Origin: Antedon mediterranea
Lineage: Eukaryota > Animalia > Echinodermata
DNA: 64,000 bases
Assembly (NCBI RefSeq): GCF_964355755.1
Contig: NC_092674.1
Span: 26,722,001 to 26,786,000 of the forward strand
Direction: 5' to 3'
Shown here: positions 26,311-40,400 of the stretch, in pieces
Numbering within the stretch: the first letter of the stretch is position 1
Layout of the letters: each line of letters starts with the position of its first letter
Translations under genes and position numbers: made by a program
The notes under the pieces: generated by a model
Databases searched by the model: none
Told to the model about the DNA's origin: nothing
What the model saw: the letters and a program-made list of their open reading frames with translations, nothing else

Positions 26311-29300
26311 ATGGATTCAACCAATAAGACATTACAAAAAAATACAGATACTAAAGGTCAAAGGTTGTATCATGATATGAAATTAGAAGAAACACTGTCT
26401 TTGCCATTTGAATTCAAAGTTCCACATGGAAAAAACAATGAGGGCGACGATGAGAAGCTTCTCTGCCACGTTTGCCAGAAAAACATCACGCATATGAACG
26501 AACAAAGGCAACAGCAACATTTAAATAGATGCATGGACAAAGCTGAAAAGAAAAACAAAAAAACATCTGAAAATGAGGTTTTAGATTGCCCTATTTGTGG
26601 CAAAAAGCTAAAAACTGAACGGGTAGGAAATAAATTCTTTTGTCACCTTAAATATAGTGATCAAGTTAACAAAGCAACTTCTGAATATGTTTTTCATTCA
26701 ATTGCTTGTCATGGAATGGCGATACTAATATTCTTTAATTTCTTTTGAATAATAATAATAATATTTATTTCCACAAAATAATAGAGCAAAATACAGAGTA
26801 GCATAATAAATATACAACCGATTATGAACATAATATAATGCAACAGAAGAAATATGTAAGTGGAAAGGGACACAACTGCAAGCAAGCTTTAAATAGTTTT
26901 AAAAGTTCCTTGTGGATATTGACTATTTATGTAGACAGTGATAGAATTTGTAAATTATATTGTGTTTTTTTTCTTTAATTTAGCAAAGGAAGATCCACCT
27001 GAAGATATGTGGGAAATCTAATGGCCTGAAACCTCAAGATTTGATTGAGATAATTAAGAAACAAGAATCAGATACCCAACTAAATGAAATAGAAATTCCC
27101 AGTTTACAAATTAAGCCACCAGAACAGAGGTAAATTAAGAAATGGTCAATTAAATAATAATTATTAATGACAGTTTAAAGTATACCATGATATGTATGTT
27201 TATTTCAGACAAGATGTGTCTCTCGCCCATTGTAAAACACTTATTGGAGTGTGTCTAAACACAATTCATACTTTTTTTTTAGCGAACCAAAACAAAAGAG
27301 AGGAAAGAAAAAACCAGCTACAAAGACAAAGCCATCTTGGTAAAATAGAATTAATTTCTTTTTCACAATCACACCTACTACTATACATGTTTTTCCCATG
27401 TTATAACTGCATTATATATACCATTTTCACACCTTTTCACAAATGTAACCAGGTTTGCATAGTGTGAAGACAATTTTGTGAAAAATCTGAGATTTCACAG
27501 GGGTCCCCCCAAACACAGGTGTGAAAAGGATATAACACTGATATATTACTACTTTTATTTCAATTTGGTAACATTATTTCCAGGGAAACTGATGAAGAAT
27601 TACAGGTTGCCATGGCAATATCCGCATCACTTACTGATGGTGAAAGTAAGAATGTTGTTAGTGATCTGTTTGATAGAAAAACAACGAAAAAGAAGAAAAG
27701 AGGAGGAAAAACCTCAAAGCCACTGTTAGTATCATTTGCACATCTTGTGGTATTTAAACGTAAAATATCAGTTTATTATTTCATAAAATTTTTTTTTTTT
27801 TTTTACGGTATCTTAATGTATTTTTTAGTGGGCCTCCTATCACAAGCTTTGTTTTATTCCTTTTGTGTTTTATTTGTTTATGAGATGAATAAATGGAAAC
27901 TGATAGATTAAAACATTGTTATTATTATTATTTCACACACAAATGTCCTACTTTCAAAAAGAAAATGACTACTGTACTTTTTAATGAATAAATAACTTTG
28001 TTTACCCTCTTAATGTCCCTTCCAGAGAGCAAGGCAGTGAACTTGAATAGAATATCCTGTAAAAAACAACTTATTGGTTTCAAATCTTCTCACAGATCCT
28101 TTATCCATTAATATAATAATCAATAATATATTTTTCTTTTAGAAATTTAGAAATGCCGGTTTTACTAACAAGAACTGATGCAGAAAGACAGACTTTGACA
28201 ATTAATACATTTTCAGACATCTTAGACTGGGTAAGTAGTCAAAAGAAGCAAATGAAATAGTGAAATAATATGTTGCACCAATGTTAAGCACTTTCTACAC
28301 TATCAAACTAGTTTGAAAACAAATGTGATGTACCCAAATATGGCAGTGATATGCCCAAATATGGTAGTGATATAACATCCTCATGTCCATATATGGGCAC
28401 ATCACATTTTTTTGTCACATAAAGTTTGATAATAGACAGCTTTATAATAAATTCTAATATTTGTTTATTTACTACTAAAGTGTTTATATGCATAGGGGAA
28501 CACTATTTATTAAATATTTGTACATTTTATATATTTGTTTGTAGATTTCTGATGAAGAGGATGAAGAAGGTTTTACATTACCACCAAGCAGGTTAAAAAA
28601 AGATCCAGACCCCAGTGCTCATTCAAAGGTTCGATGCAAAATTATGTTATAAATTCTCTTTATTATTATTATTCTATTTATTTATAGTTTGGAATCTTTT
28701 TATTTCATTATTTGAGCAAGATGATGTATTCTTTGTATAGTTTCCTTATTTTGAATCTTACATGCCATTCATAATGTTTAGTTTTAACACCAAGTCACAG
28801 CTATTTGTTATAATAATAATAGTTCATTCTTATATGGCGCTTATAAGCAAGCTCTCAATGTGCTGCACATTATAGCCCCTACTCGGAACGACTCGTCACA
28901 ACTCATCCCTACTCGTCACTACACGGAATCACTCGTAATTACTCGGACCTACTCGGATATACTCGGAATTACTCGAAACTTCTCGGAACCACTCGGAACT
29001 ACTCGGAACTACCCGGAACTACTCATCACGACTCGCTACTCGGAACTACTCTGAACCACTCGGAACAACTCGAAACTACTCGGAACTACTCATCACAACT
29101 TGCTACTCGGAACTACTCTGAAGCACTCGGAACTACCCGGAACTACTCGGAACTACTCATCACGACTCGCTACTCTGAACCACTCGGAACAACTCAAAAC
29201 TACTCGGAACTACTCATCACGACTTGCTACTCGGAACTACTCTGAACTACTCGGAAGCACTCGGAACTACTCGTCAATACTCGGAACTACACGAAACTTC

Positions 29301-32300
29301 TCGGAACAACTCGGAACTACTCGGAATTACTTGAATATACTCCGAAATACTCGGACAAACTCGGAACTATTCGGAACTATTTGGAACTATTTGGAACTAC
29401 TCGTCACTAACTCGGTACTACTCGTCAATACTTGTCAATACTCGGAACTACTAGGAACTACTTGGAATTACTCGGAACGACTTGGAACTAATCGGAACGA
29501 CTCGTCACAACTCCTTTTTTGGATCAAATATGTATGGAAACATACTCCCATAATAATGCAGCTAGTAATCAGCGCAAAGTTGTGTCTTGATCTAATCAGT
29601 ACCCATTATATTATGTGTTTTATTCCTATTTTTACTACTTGTGCTAAACATGTAAAATAAGGGTATCTTTAATAACTTTAACCTTTACATTTTGTAGCCA
29701 CATGTAAACTACTGGAATCTAGCAAGTCTAGCAGGCAAACATGAGGAGTTGATGACTAAACAAACAGATAAGCACCCAAGTGAAAGTGATAAAGGTGTGA
29801 GCATACTCACACAGACAACGAGGACTTTGAAGGTAAGTGCTTAGTTAAAGCATTGAAGACCAATCACAATTTATTTTTCAAAGCTAGCCTGGCAGTATGA
29901 TACAGTAATTTAAGTGTTTGTGTTTCTTTCAGTCAACATCAGAGCAGAATGAAACTGAACCTAATACGTGTATGATTCTGGCAGAATTAGCGGAAGATCA
30001 TGTGACACAGTCAGGTGACCAACCGGTATGTGTGTCGGTGTAACATAAAATGTTCATTTACTTTCTTGAAGTATTTTCTAATATAACATTTGGTTTTTGT
30101 ACAATTATTATGAATTGTTGATTTATTATAATAGGCTTTCATTTTTTTCCATCATTTCTTTGCTTTTCAGGTTTTTTCTTCAGAGCCCTGGCATAAGAAT
30201 AACCTGTTAGAATGTTTTTCATCTCTTGTTGACAATGAGCACATGAGTGATGTAAAGATCCTATGTGAGAATGATGCCAGCATCAATGCCCACTCTTTCA
30301 TTATTCAACTTCGTTGCCCTGATCTTCATAAGGTAGGTTTTGTTATTATTTATATTTAAAATGTCAACGTACCAGTATGCTGCACTTTCCTAGTGCGAAT
30401 ATAAAACACCACTGTGGGCTAGCCCAACTCATTATCTTAAAGATGAGCACAGATCTTAAAATATGCATCCTCAATGTACATGTAAATATGGGTGGTGTAT
30501 GTGGAAATAAAGAATTGAGTTGAATCCTTTTTTTGTACTAATGAAGCTAATAAAAATAAGCACCACATATTATCATACCCAATATAATATTTTCTTTGTT
30601 ATGTTGATATAGCCATTTAAAATAAAATGTGGACTAGTTGGTCATACCCAGTACCGTTTTGATTTACGATCATTCGGAAACCACCTCATGACAAAATATA
30701 CATTCAGCCTAGTGACCAATAGCCCAGTGACCTAATGGGAAAATTAAATCAAGCATTTAATTATTTCCATATATTGATATCCGTATATCACTGGGTGGTT
30801 TAGTTTATTTATTCTGTGCCTGTGATATTTTACCTCATTTTTTTTCCAGAGAAATCTTATGTAGGAGAATTTTACAGTAGGCGGAGTTATGCACTCTCAA
30901 AGTGGCTTTCTAGTTATTTATTAATTTGTTTTTATAGAGTTTGTTACAAGATGAAGGTACACTGTCCTGTGATTTGACGACTTACTCTAGGTCATCAGTC
31001 TTGGCTTTTATCAGATACATGTATGCTGCTGATATCGACATCTCAGTATTTGTGTTACCTGAACTTATTCATTTACTCAAAAGGTATATCATCTTTTTTA
31101 TATTCATACAATCAAAATTGATATACAGTAGTTATGCATTGACCAATTTTGTGCCTCTTTAAAAAATCTAGACTTGCCCCAAGTCTGTATTTATTGTCTT
31201 TTTTTTATTTATTTGTTTTTATTTCGACCGCGATTTTTGTCTGAAAATACAGACTTGTGAAACACGTATAGAAATCGATTTGCAAACCCCAAACATCCGA
31301 TAAGAATGACGTAGGTTATCATACCGTATTTGGCTATATGGGGCGGGCGGTATGTAAATATGGATTTCGAATCAACCAATGATCATTTTTTTTCAAAATG
31401 AAAAAGATCGAGTACATAACGTACAGTGTGCTGAATGTACGATCGAGACTGAACAACTGTTGAAATATAAAATCGTGTTGCCAAGTTGTTTTGTTTATTA
31501 ATTGTTCTGGCCTAGGCCTCCTTCGTAGGCGGGTTCGTAGGGCTACTCAACTCGTACGTATGACCTTCCAAATAAAACGCCAATAAGGTACATACCAATG
31601 ATGCCACCACCGACCGGCACACAACAGGGCTACACCACCACACAGAACAGGACAGGGTCTGGGTGGGAATTAAATCAAATTTTCTCCGCATAATAAATGA
31701 TCCATTCAATGTTTGATTTTGCGGAGAACTAGCCTATCATATCACGACGAGTTTTTGGGAAAAATCTCATCAAATGTTTACCAGACTACTAGGCATATAA
31801 AATCATTTTAAGCCTTCAGAAACTTTCATCAATGTACCCAAGTACACATTGTCTAAACGTAACATAGCGCATGCGCATCGTCTCAGACGTTGAGTCTTTG
31901 AAATTCTGAAATATGAATATTAAAACGACGTACGAGTGAGTAGCCAATGGCATGCGGCTGAAACTAGTCAACTGGATAATTTATGCACCAAGAATTCTTG
32001 GTGTCAAACCACGTGACTTATGCGTGTTTCCCCAGACGGAGTATCCAAACTCAAGTAATACACGTATGAAACGCCATATGTGCAAAAATATTTATATTTT
32101 TACAAAACTCCGTCTGGAGCCCAGACTATAAAAAATCATATAGTTCTGCTGTGTGTCACCAAGGCAACCTAACAACAGGATGCTGAGCTCTGGAGATCAA
32201 AGGGTTTATCTGTGGCTGCAACACAATCAGTTCCATGCCCCTATAACAGACACTGTGCACCACAGAGAATATGTACATAGTACAGTACTGTTGGTATTTG

Positions 32301-35300
32301 TCACAGCCAGACATAAGATCAAAGCACTGTTACAAAGTCCTATCTTAGCAAGGCGAGCTGAGTTTCCTGTTGGTAGATTGCCTTGGTGACACCCATCCAC
32401 AATGTTCAGCCTCTTTTTGATATCCTTCCTTAACGTTTTAGCACCTAAGCTACATCCGTTGAGCAACCATCATCTCAACTCTATACAATACAATATTTTT
32501 GATTTTGACAAACTTGGAAGTCCTTGGTTCTGCTGCAAAATTTGACGGTCATAGATCAAAATCGATTGTGGTTTTTAAACCGTATTGAAAAATTGGAACA
32601 GTTTCTAGTTTAGGAAGTTGATTGTATTTATTTCCTTTCTATATCTTTAAAAGGTATCCAATGGAAGGTTTAAAAGATCTGTGTCAAAGGCTGAAACAAG
32701 AAGACCAAGAAGAAAATGATTCAAAATTCATATCAAAAGATTTAGATGAATTAATGGAAGGCATTGAAGATGACGTGGTAGAATCAGAGAATGAGGCAAT
32801 GAGCTGCTCTGGTAATGAAGAGGAACCACTTGACTATCTTGGAAGTGAGGATGATGTCATCAGCTCACCGCTAAGAGAAGAAATGAAGACTTTTAAAAGC
32901 ACTGGAACTCCTGATAACTATATAAGAACATCTGAAAACATCACAAAAGCTTCTGATATTGATATGGATACTCCAAAGAAACATGTTGAAATTCTTGATA
33001 TTTGTGTTGGAACTCCTGATAAAGGTATTGAATTTCATGATAAAGGTATTGGAACTCCTGATAAAGGTGTTGAAACTCCTGATAAAGGTATTGGAACTCT
33101 TGATAAAGGTGTTGGAACTCCTGATAAATGTGTTGAAACATCAGAAATTAGTGTTGATATAATAATGACAACTCCTGATAAAGGTGTTGGAACTCCTGAT
33201 AAATTTGTTGAAACATCAGAAATTAGTGTTGATATAATAATGACAACTCCTGATATGTGTGTTGCCACTCCTGATAAGTGTGTTGCCATTCTTGATAAAT
33301 GTGTTGGATCTCCTGATAAAACATCAGAAAGCTGTGTTGATATGGTAACTGCGATTGGATTGGACAAAAACAGTTCAAGGGAAGCTTCAATTTCTAAGGC
33401 AATCGACAAGAAAGGTAAATCTAAATCTCGACCTCAAACTATTAACTTAGTTGATTGTGATGAAACTAAAGATGAACAGATGTCTTTCAACTGCCTAGCC
33501 TCAACTCCAGTTGTTGACAATTTCAAAAGAAGTCATTTTCTAGCTCCTTCAACATCCCCGATCTTTGGACCGGTTAAATCTTTCTCCTTTCCAACAAAGA
33601 CATCCACGTTTGGTTCAACAAGTTCCAGACCCATCATTAGCGACTCAGATTTGAATGTGTCTGAGAAAGTTATAGAGATTTCAATACAACATGAAGTTCA
33701 AAGCACAGAAGAAAATGAAGTTCTATCGAAAACTGTGAACCTTACCAACTCGCTGGTAGTTGATAATCATTCTAAAACAAATTTTAATGTTTCCGAAAAG
33801 TGTGTAGATTTAACAATAGAGATTGATAAAGATGATGAAGAAATTGTTATTGATGACATTGATGATAACACTGATAACAAGAAAGATGATAGTAAAGATG
33901 AATTTAGGAAAGAAGAAGATAACATAGATGCCAATGAGTTGACATGTAACGAGCATGAGTTCAGGTTTGCCTATGAGGAGGCTGGTGTGTGGAACATATC
34001 GGGAGACATGTGCGATTTAACTGGAGGGCAACCAAATGCGGAATTAACTGAAACACCAAGGAAAACACATGAAGACCTGTTTTCAAAAAAGAGGTTGAGT
34101 GAGAAATCAAATAATGATGAAAGGAGGAAGAAACAAAAGAAAACTGATAAAACCTCCAACCAAGGAACTGAGAGTATAGATGTAAGTCAGGATTGTGTTT
34201 TTTATACTTTTTCTTTATATTTTTTACTTATTTGCGGTGTGATGTCAAAGGTATTAAATTAATGTATGGTTTTTTCTAAGATGAACACATCAATATGCAT
34301 AACCAGCTCAGGGACTAAACTACATCAGGATGCTTTGGAGTTCAGTTGCACACAGAGTTTCCTACTAGACCTGCAGTCTGGCAAGCTGGACAATGATAAA
34401 CTCTGGGGTGGATGTGTCGTTGATCTGGTTGATTGTCAGAAGACTTCGGAATTCAAGACCACTGGTAAGTGTATCAGACGATCTCTTTCAGTCTGTCTGT
34501 GAGTCCCTTTCTAAGTGTTATACATCGTTGCATATGCATTGTATTATGACAAAAGATGATTACTTAAGTCATATATTGCCTTTGACTCCACTCCACTATT
34601 TTCTTACATTGTTTATCTTTATTTAAATCCAAAATTATGATTTTTTTGTTTTTAATTCTTGTGGACCTTGTCGATGTTCTTTTGTCTTGTGTTTTATGTA
34701 CAGTATTCAAGTCTGTAAATGGTGTGCTCCCTGGTGAATTGAAATAAAACAATTAAAGCAATTCCATTTATTTATATATATATATATATAGGAGTTTTAT
34801 GATATTTTGTTTATATCTAAATATAATTTTAGGTACACAAAAGAAGGCTAAGCCAAAAAAGACAACAAAAAAAAAGGAACCCAACATACCAATGCCAAGG
34901 GTAGATGCTTTGAATACACCAGGCCTAAAGGTAAAGATCATTTTCAATTTATTTGTTTTTCTGCCAAAAATGTGTGATTTTATTAGTACCTACTGTTATT
35001 CTTTATCCAGTAAAAATGAAGTTTTTCTTTAATTGAGTATGAATTTCTCACAACATTTTAATTTCATTATTATTATTATTTCAAAATTACTAGCATTAAT
35101 TATTAAAGTGACAAGTTGATATTTTATATTGCAGAAAGAACTCAACCAATTTGGTGTGAAGGCCTTGAGTAAAAAACAAAGTAAAACGCTGTTAAAAGAA
35201 ATTTATAGGCAGTCAGATATTGGTATGTTTTACTTTTAATCTGCCTGAATTCAGTAATTCTTCATTCACCGATTTCAAATAAAGACACTTAAGCTCTGTC

Positions 35301-36945
35301 TACACTATCAAACTTTATGTGAAAAAAATGTGATGTGCCCATATATGGACATGTCATATCACTACAATATTTGGACATATCACTACCATATTTGGATATA
35401 TCAACATTTTTTTGCCAAACTATAAGTTTGATAGTGTAGACAGAGCTTTAGATTGCAGTAAGAAACAAATTAAAAATTGGGGTGGTCTGCCTCAGCAGCT
35501 ATCACAATATTATCCCAGCAGATGAATATGGTGTAAATGTACATACATTTTAATGAGATAATTTTTACTGTTTCTCATTATTTCTTATATTTGTTACCTC
35601 TTTCTTTCCATAGTTTTATGTACTTAAGTTCTTTACTTAACATTACTGTATTTTATTTTCAAATTTCAAAGAAAAGGGAAAGAAGTCTGAAGAAGTCAAA
35701 CAAGTCTCAAAACCAATCGACCAAGCATCAAACTCAATCAATCAAGTATCAAAACTAATCAATCATGAAATTTCTGAATCTGATAAATCAAGTTCAGAGG
35801 GCAGTGAAAGGTACAGTATGGTTAAAATATATTTTAATGTCTTTATTATAAAAAGATGAGAAGAGTGAAAAGTTGACCCCAACATGAACTCTTTTATGAT
35901 TTGTCTTATTCCAGATCTTGTTGGACATTTACCATGTGTCCAATGACCCTTTTTCACAATTGTCAGGTGCGCTTATAGACGTATTAGTGTAGCAATACTT
36001 TAAGAATTTAAAAGTAACATCTTGATATCTACAACTTTTTTTTTTAGTGAATCAACTGATGAAGAAAATTCTATGAGAGAAGAAAATCTTGTTTGTTCGC
36101 CAACAAAACATGGAGTAAGTGAATTGTACTGACCAACAAACTGACCTCTTCATAAATTGACCAATGATTGACCGACTTTGCTTAAACCATATTTTGTTTT
36201 ATCTTTCAGAAAGACATTGATTCCCTTCTCAGTGATTTCATAAAACAATGCAAAACGTTGCATGTTAGGGTTTTATTATACGAGGTAGGATAGCCAGTGT
36301 TGAAAAGAGACTGATAGATGTTACTATACTCTACCACCTTCCATCTATTTAGTGTAGGCCTAGTAAATACATCTTTACTTCTGTTAAGCTCTGTCTACAC
36401 TATCAAACTAATTTGAAAAAAAAAAGTGTGATGTTCCCAACTATGGTAGTGATATGCCCAAATATGGTAGGGATATGAATGACATCATTATTTATGTCCA
36501 TATATGGACACATCACATTTTTTGTCATGGAAAAAGTGTCCACTTAATAGAAGTTTCCCAAAGAAGTGGTTCTTCTGTAGTAACATGCTGAACCAGCTTA
36601 TGAATATTCATTTCAGGCGATTGACTTCACCAAATTACACCAAGATGTTATTGCGAGTGGAATAAAGTGTTCCAAAGCTTTTCTTATTCAATTTCTTGAT
36701 AAAAAGGTAACATTACAATAATATGATTAGCATAACAAATATTAATTGGACAAGACAATGAACTAGGATCAACAGACAGAAATGATGGATTCTCAAAAAT
36801 GACAAACAACTGAATAAAACATAACATCTATTCTATTTGTATTTTTCAGTGTATCAACTTCCGGTTTACAGATGAAGGAGGCAATTCAAAGAGGCAAAGA
36901 GGTCCTAAAAAATCTAGAAGAAAACCAAAAGCTTCAGCTACCTAG
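26311..36945 (+). CDS. SLX4: Structure-specific endonuclease scaffold SLX4 (BTBD12/FANCP), multi-exon
   Basis: Two UBZ4 fingers (CHVCQKNITHMNEQRQQQHLNRC; CPICGK...HLKIC), MLR-like DEELQVAMAISAS, BTB (LVDNEHMSDVKILCE...AHSFIIQLRCP), SAP (PMPRVDALNTPGLKKELNQFGVKALSKK), and SLX1-binding domain (RVLLYEAIDF...FLDKKCINF). A 5' non-coding exon probably ends at about 25700. Confidence 0.9.
28286..28441. mobile_element. MITE family A copy
   Basis: Same core, degenerate TIRs. Confidence 0.75.
28879..29513. repeat. 10-bp satellite (actcggaact)n inside a SINE remnant in an SLX4 intron
   Basis: About 630 bp of degenerate 10-mer units; the flanks match SINE 11650-11823. Confidence 0.9.
31160..32612 (-). 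mobile_element. Probable Helentron-type non-autonomous element in an SLX4 intron
   Basis: Terminal hairpin agacttg-ccc-caagtct (about 31170), subterminal inverted repeat caagtctgtattt / aaatacagacttg, other end ...tttctagtt; CpG-rich interior. Confidence 0.45.
32900..33325 (+). repeat. Coding 21-bp minisatellite in SLX4 (GVGTPDK-type units) including a 63-bp duplicated block
   Basis: Repeated ggaactcctgataaaggt..; the block ETSEISVDIIMTTPD occurs twice. Confidence 0.85.
35292..35447. mobile_element. MITE family A copy
   Basis: Intact TIRs, TTA...TTA TSD. Confidence 0.85.
36387..36527. mobile_element. MITE family A copy, truncated
   Basis: Left TIR and core only. Confidence 0.7.
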
Positions 36946-37479
36946 ATAAAAAATAGTTAATTTTTAACTACTAGTGTATATAATAAAACCTTTTGTGAAA
37001 GAATCACACAGTATTTGCAATGTTCTAGTATTATGTATTAGTAATTTTTCTTCAGTGAAACACAGATACAAACTCTTTTAAATATATATTTATGTTATAT
37101 AATGATTATTCGGTGCTTATTTTGTCTTTTAACTAACATTTTTGTGCACACTTTTTTGAAATTGTATAAATAAAATTGACGAACATTACTGTAGATGTAC
37201 AAAGTACAGTATACCAGTTTGATTGACGTATTGATGTTATGATTATTAAAAAAGGATTTAGTAAAATGTATACAGTACTGTGATGTACGAGTAAAGACAG
37301 GTTTCTGGCTTTTTTTCTACTTCAATAGACTGTTATGCAAAATATTAATGTTGCTGAAATAATACCAAAAGGACAGCCTACTTTAATATCAGAATGATCG
37401 TGTCGGTCCAACGAGATCGTGTCGGTCCAACGAACTTCAAGTTTTAGAATTCGCCAACAACAAAACATCAGCGTGCATC

Positions 37480-40400
37480 ATGGCTGAAAGAGTTGTTAAA
37501 GTTGCTAAAACGCTGAGAAATAATTGGAAAAAGACTACTTTCTTTGTCTTACTTGGTTCTTATGGTATTTATTATGTCAGGGATAAAATGAGGTTAATAT
37601 TTTGGTCGTTTTATGTATTTTTTCCTAATAAATACGTTGACTAGTCTAGGCTCACATGTCGCAAACTGTTCATGCGGGCGAAGTTGGTTTTGAGCTGCAG
37701 GTAGACGACATCAAGTATGATTATGTCTTCGAATGCCTAGGCCTAACCAAACTAATTGTAATTAACTTATTTATTATGAATTTTTATCTCTTTTTATGCA
37801 TAGGGCAAATAAGGTTCGAGAAGAATATTGCAGACAAGCTTTAGTAAGCATGCTTTTTAAATACTTTTTACTTTTGATTTGATTCCTCCATTACAATGAT
37901 GGGGTTTTCCTTTAAATAAAATATATAAAATACCTGCACTTACCTAGAGTAAAGATAGTATACCACTAGGCCTAAATGCTATATTATTATTATTATATAC
38001 CACTTTATTACCTTATTTAGACGTGCTAAATGCTATACTATAGTAGACCTTTAAATAGGAAATGAGTGACTGTATCTTATTAAATATCATCTAAGAAGAA
38101 CTTCATTTGTTTATTTAGGTATATGGAAATGAAATTATTCAAACGATTAGTAAGCCAAGAAAGGTTACAATCATTCTAAACCCAGCTGCCAGGAAAGGGT
38201 AATGCACTTGTCAATTGTATGACCCACTATACGACCCCCGGGAGAGGTGAGTCATTTGTCCGATGTGCGTCATACTTTTGAATACCATGACGCACCCGTG
38301 CGTCAAAAAGGTGACTTACCTTTGGGTGACCATGACGCACCCATTTTGACGCACTGTGACCATGTTGTTTATGATATGGTGGGTGGTAAAGTGACGGACA
38401 TTGACACACCTTGTTCATTGATGTGACGTACCATCTAGGTTTTTTGACGCACCCCTGCGTCAGTAATTATTTGTAAATGACGCACCCATGACGCACCTCT
38501 CCCGGGGGTCGTATAGTGAGTCATACAATTGATAAGTGCATAAGTTAACTGTAAAAACAAATTGGTTTTTTTTTTACAGGATATTCAACATGCAAAACCA
38601 TATTTTTATTATTATTCTAAAACTCTTTTTTTTAGGAAAGGTAAAAAGTTGTTTGAAAAGAATGCTGCTCCTCTCCTTCACCTCGCTGGTATTGATGTAG
38701 AGGTCGTTAAGGTCAGTTTAATTTAGTTGGTTTAATTTTCAACAATACAAACCATATAAAAAAATGTAAACTGTAAAGATTGTTATGAAAAATATGCCAA
38801 ATAATAGTTATGATTATATTAAATAATTGAATATTATAATTTATTCATTTTTAGACTGAATTTGAGGGGCATGGTAAAGATTGTGCCATTGCATTGGAAA
38901 CAACTGATGCAGTAGTTGTTGCCGGTGGCGATGGAACCCTGGGTGAGGTCATCACTGGTCTTCTAAGAAGGAATGATGAGCAATCTGTTAGCAAGAAATG
39001 GCCAATAGGAGTCATTCCTGTTGGTTTTACGAATACATTAGCAAAATTTATCTATTTGGATTCAGAATCAGAAGTAAGGTATGTGTATAATATGTCCGGT
39101 CCTGCTACAAACCCTAAAGTCCTTCAACAACCTGCCACAAAACCCAAGTTCCTTTCACCTAGCTTTAAGATTTTGTCACCCAGCCTAAGGCTATGTTACC
39201 CAGCTTAATGTTCTGCCACCCACCTTAGGTCCAGCTGAAGGTTCTTCCACCAAGCCTAAGGTTCTGCCACCCAGCTTTAAGGTTCTGCCATCCAGCTTTA
39301 AGGTCCTGCCACCCAGCTTTAAGGTTCTGCCATCCAGCTTTAAGGTCCTGTCACCCAGCTTTAAGGTCCTGTCGCCAAACTTCATGTTTCCGTCACCCAG
39401 CTTTAAGGCCTTGTCTCCCAGATTTAAGGTCCTGCCACCCAGCCTAAGGTAGTGAATTGTTTTTTATGATATAAATGTTTTTTGACATGACAGGTGGATG
39501 TGCAATGCAGCAATGGCAATTATCAAAGGAATAACCAGACCAGTAGATGTCTTGTCCATACAGGTAAGCTCACTTACATATTGAATTAAATTAAGAGTGT
39601 GTTGAATTCATCTAAACTCTTAAGCTTATTACCTTAATATTTCAACTGCGTTATCAAACTTTTGACTGGAATATCTCCACCAGTCTAACTTATTCAATCT
39701 GATTCTTTTTTTAGGACTCTGAAGGAAGATCAGTGTATGGGGTGTCAAAGGTCGAATGGGGAGAATTCAGAAATGTACGAGAAAAAATACCAAAGTAAGT
39801 GATTTATGTTGACCACATGTATATAACAACAATACATTTATTTCTGACTGAAATAAAGTATAATACAAAATGATATTTAAGGAGAAAAAAACATAGCAGT
39901 CAGTCAAGTCTAGAAGTGCAAAAGATCTTTAGCCATGCTCCTTAAGTCAGTCAATTTTGTAAATATTGACTGGCTTAAGGAGCAATCCTGAAAGTAGTAT
40001 TTTGTCTAAAAGAGTTTTATTTTAATCAATTGCAGGTATTGGTACTTTGGCCCACTTAAGTCTAGGTTTGCATATGCTTTTGCCTCTGTACAAGTGAGTA
40101 CCTCTTATTTAATTTATTTTAAAATTTTAATAAATAAGTAATTACTAAAGGACAAAAAGACTAAAATGTAAAATGTCACTATTAAACACCGACAAATTAT
40201 CATTGATTTGTCTGTTAAAAGAATGATATAAACACTTTAATTTATCCGAATAGGAATGGCCGCCTTTGATTAAAGGTCAACTTTCATACCGACCTCCTGT
40301 TGATGTTCCAGAAGAGCCTGAAGCAATGCAACCTCAATATAGCTTCTTTGGTCGACTATTCTCTTGGATATGGGGCAGCCAGCAAAAAGGTAATAAGATT

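Noticed and set aside
29100-29660. 186-aa ORF with LGTTRNYSE repeats
   Set aside because: Translation of the intronic 10-bp satellite.
34266-34520. Extra SLX4 exon or separate small gene in a GC-richer intron patch
   Set aside because: No recognisable homology; more likely a decayed repeat fragment.
39191-39385. ORF with GGRTLKL repeats
   Set aside because: Product of the intronic 21-bp minisatellite.
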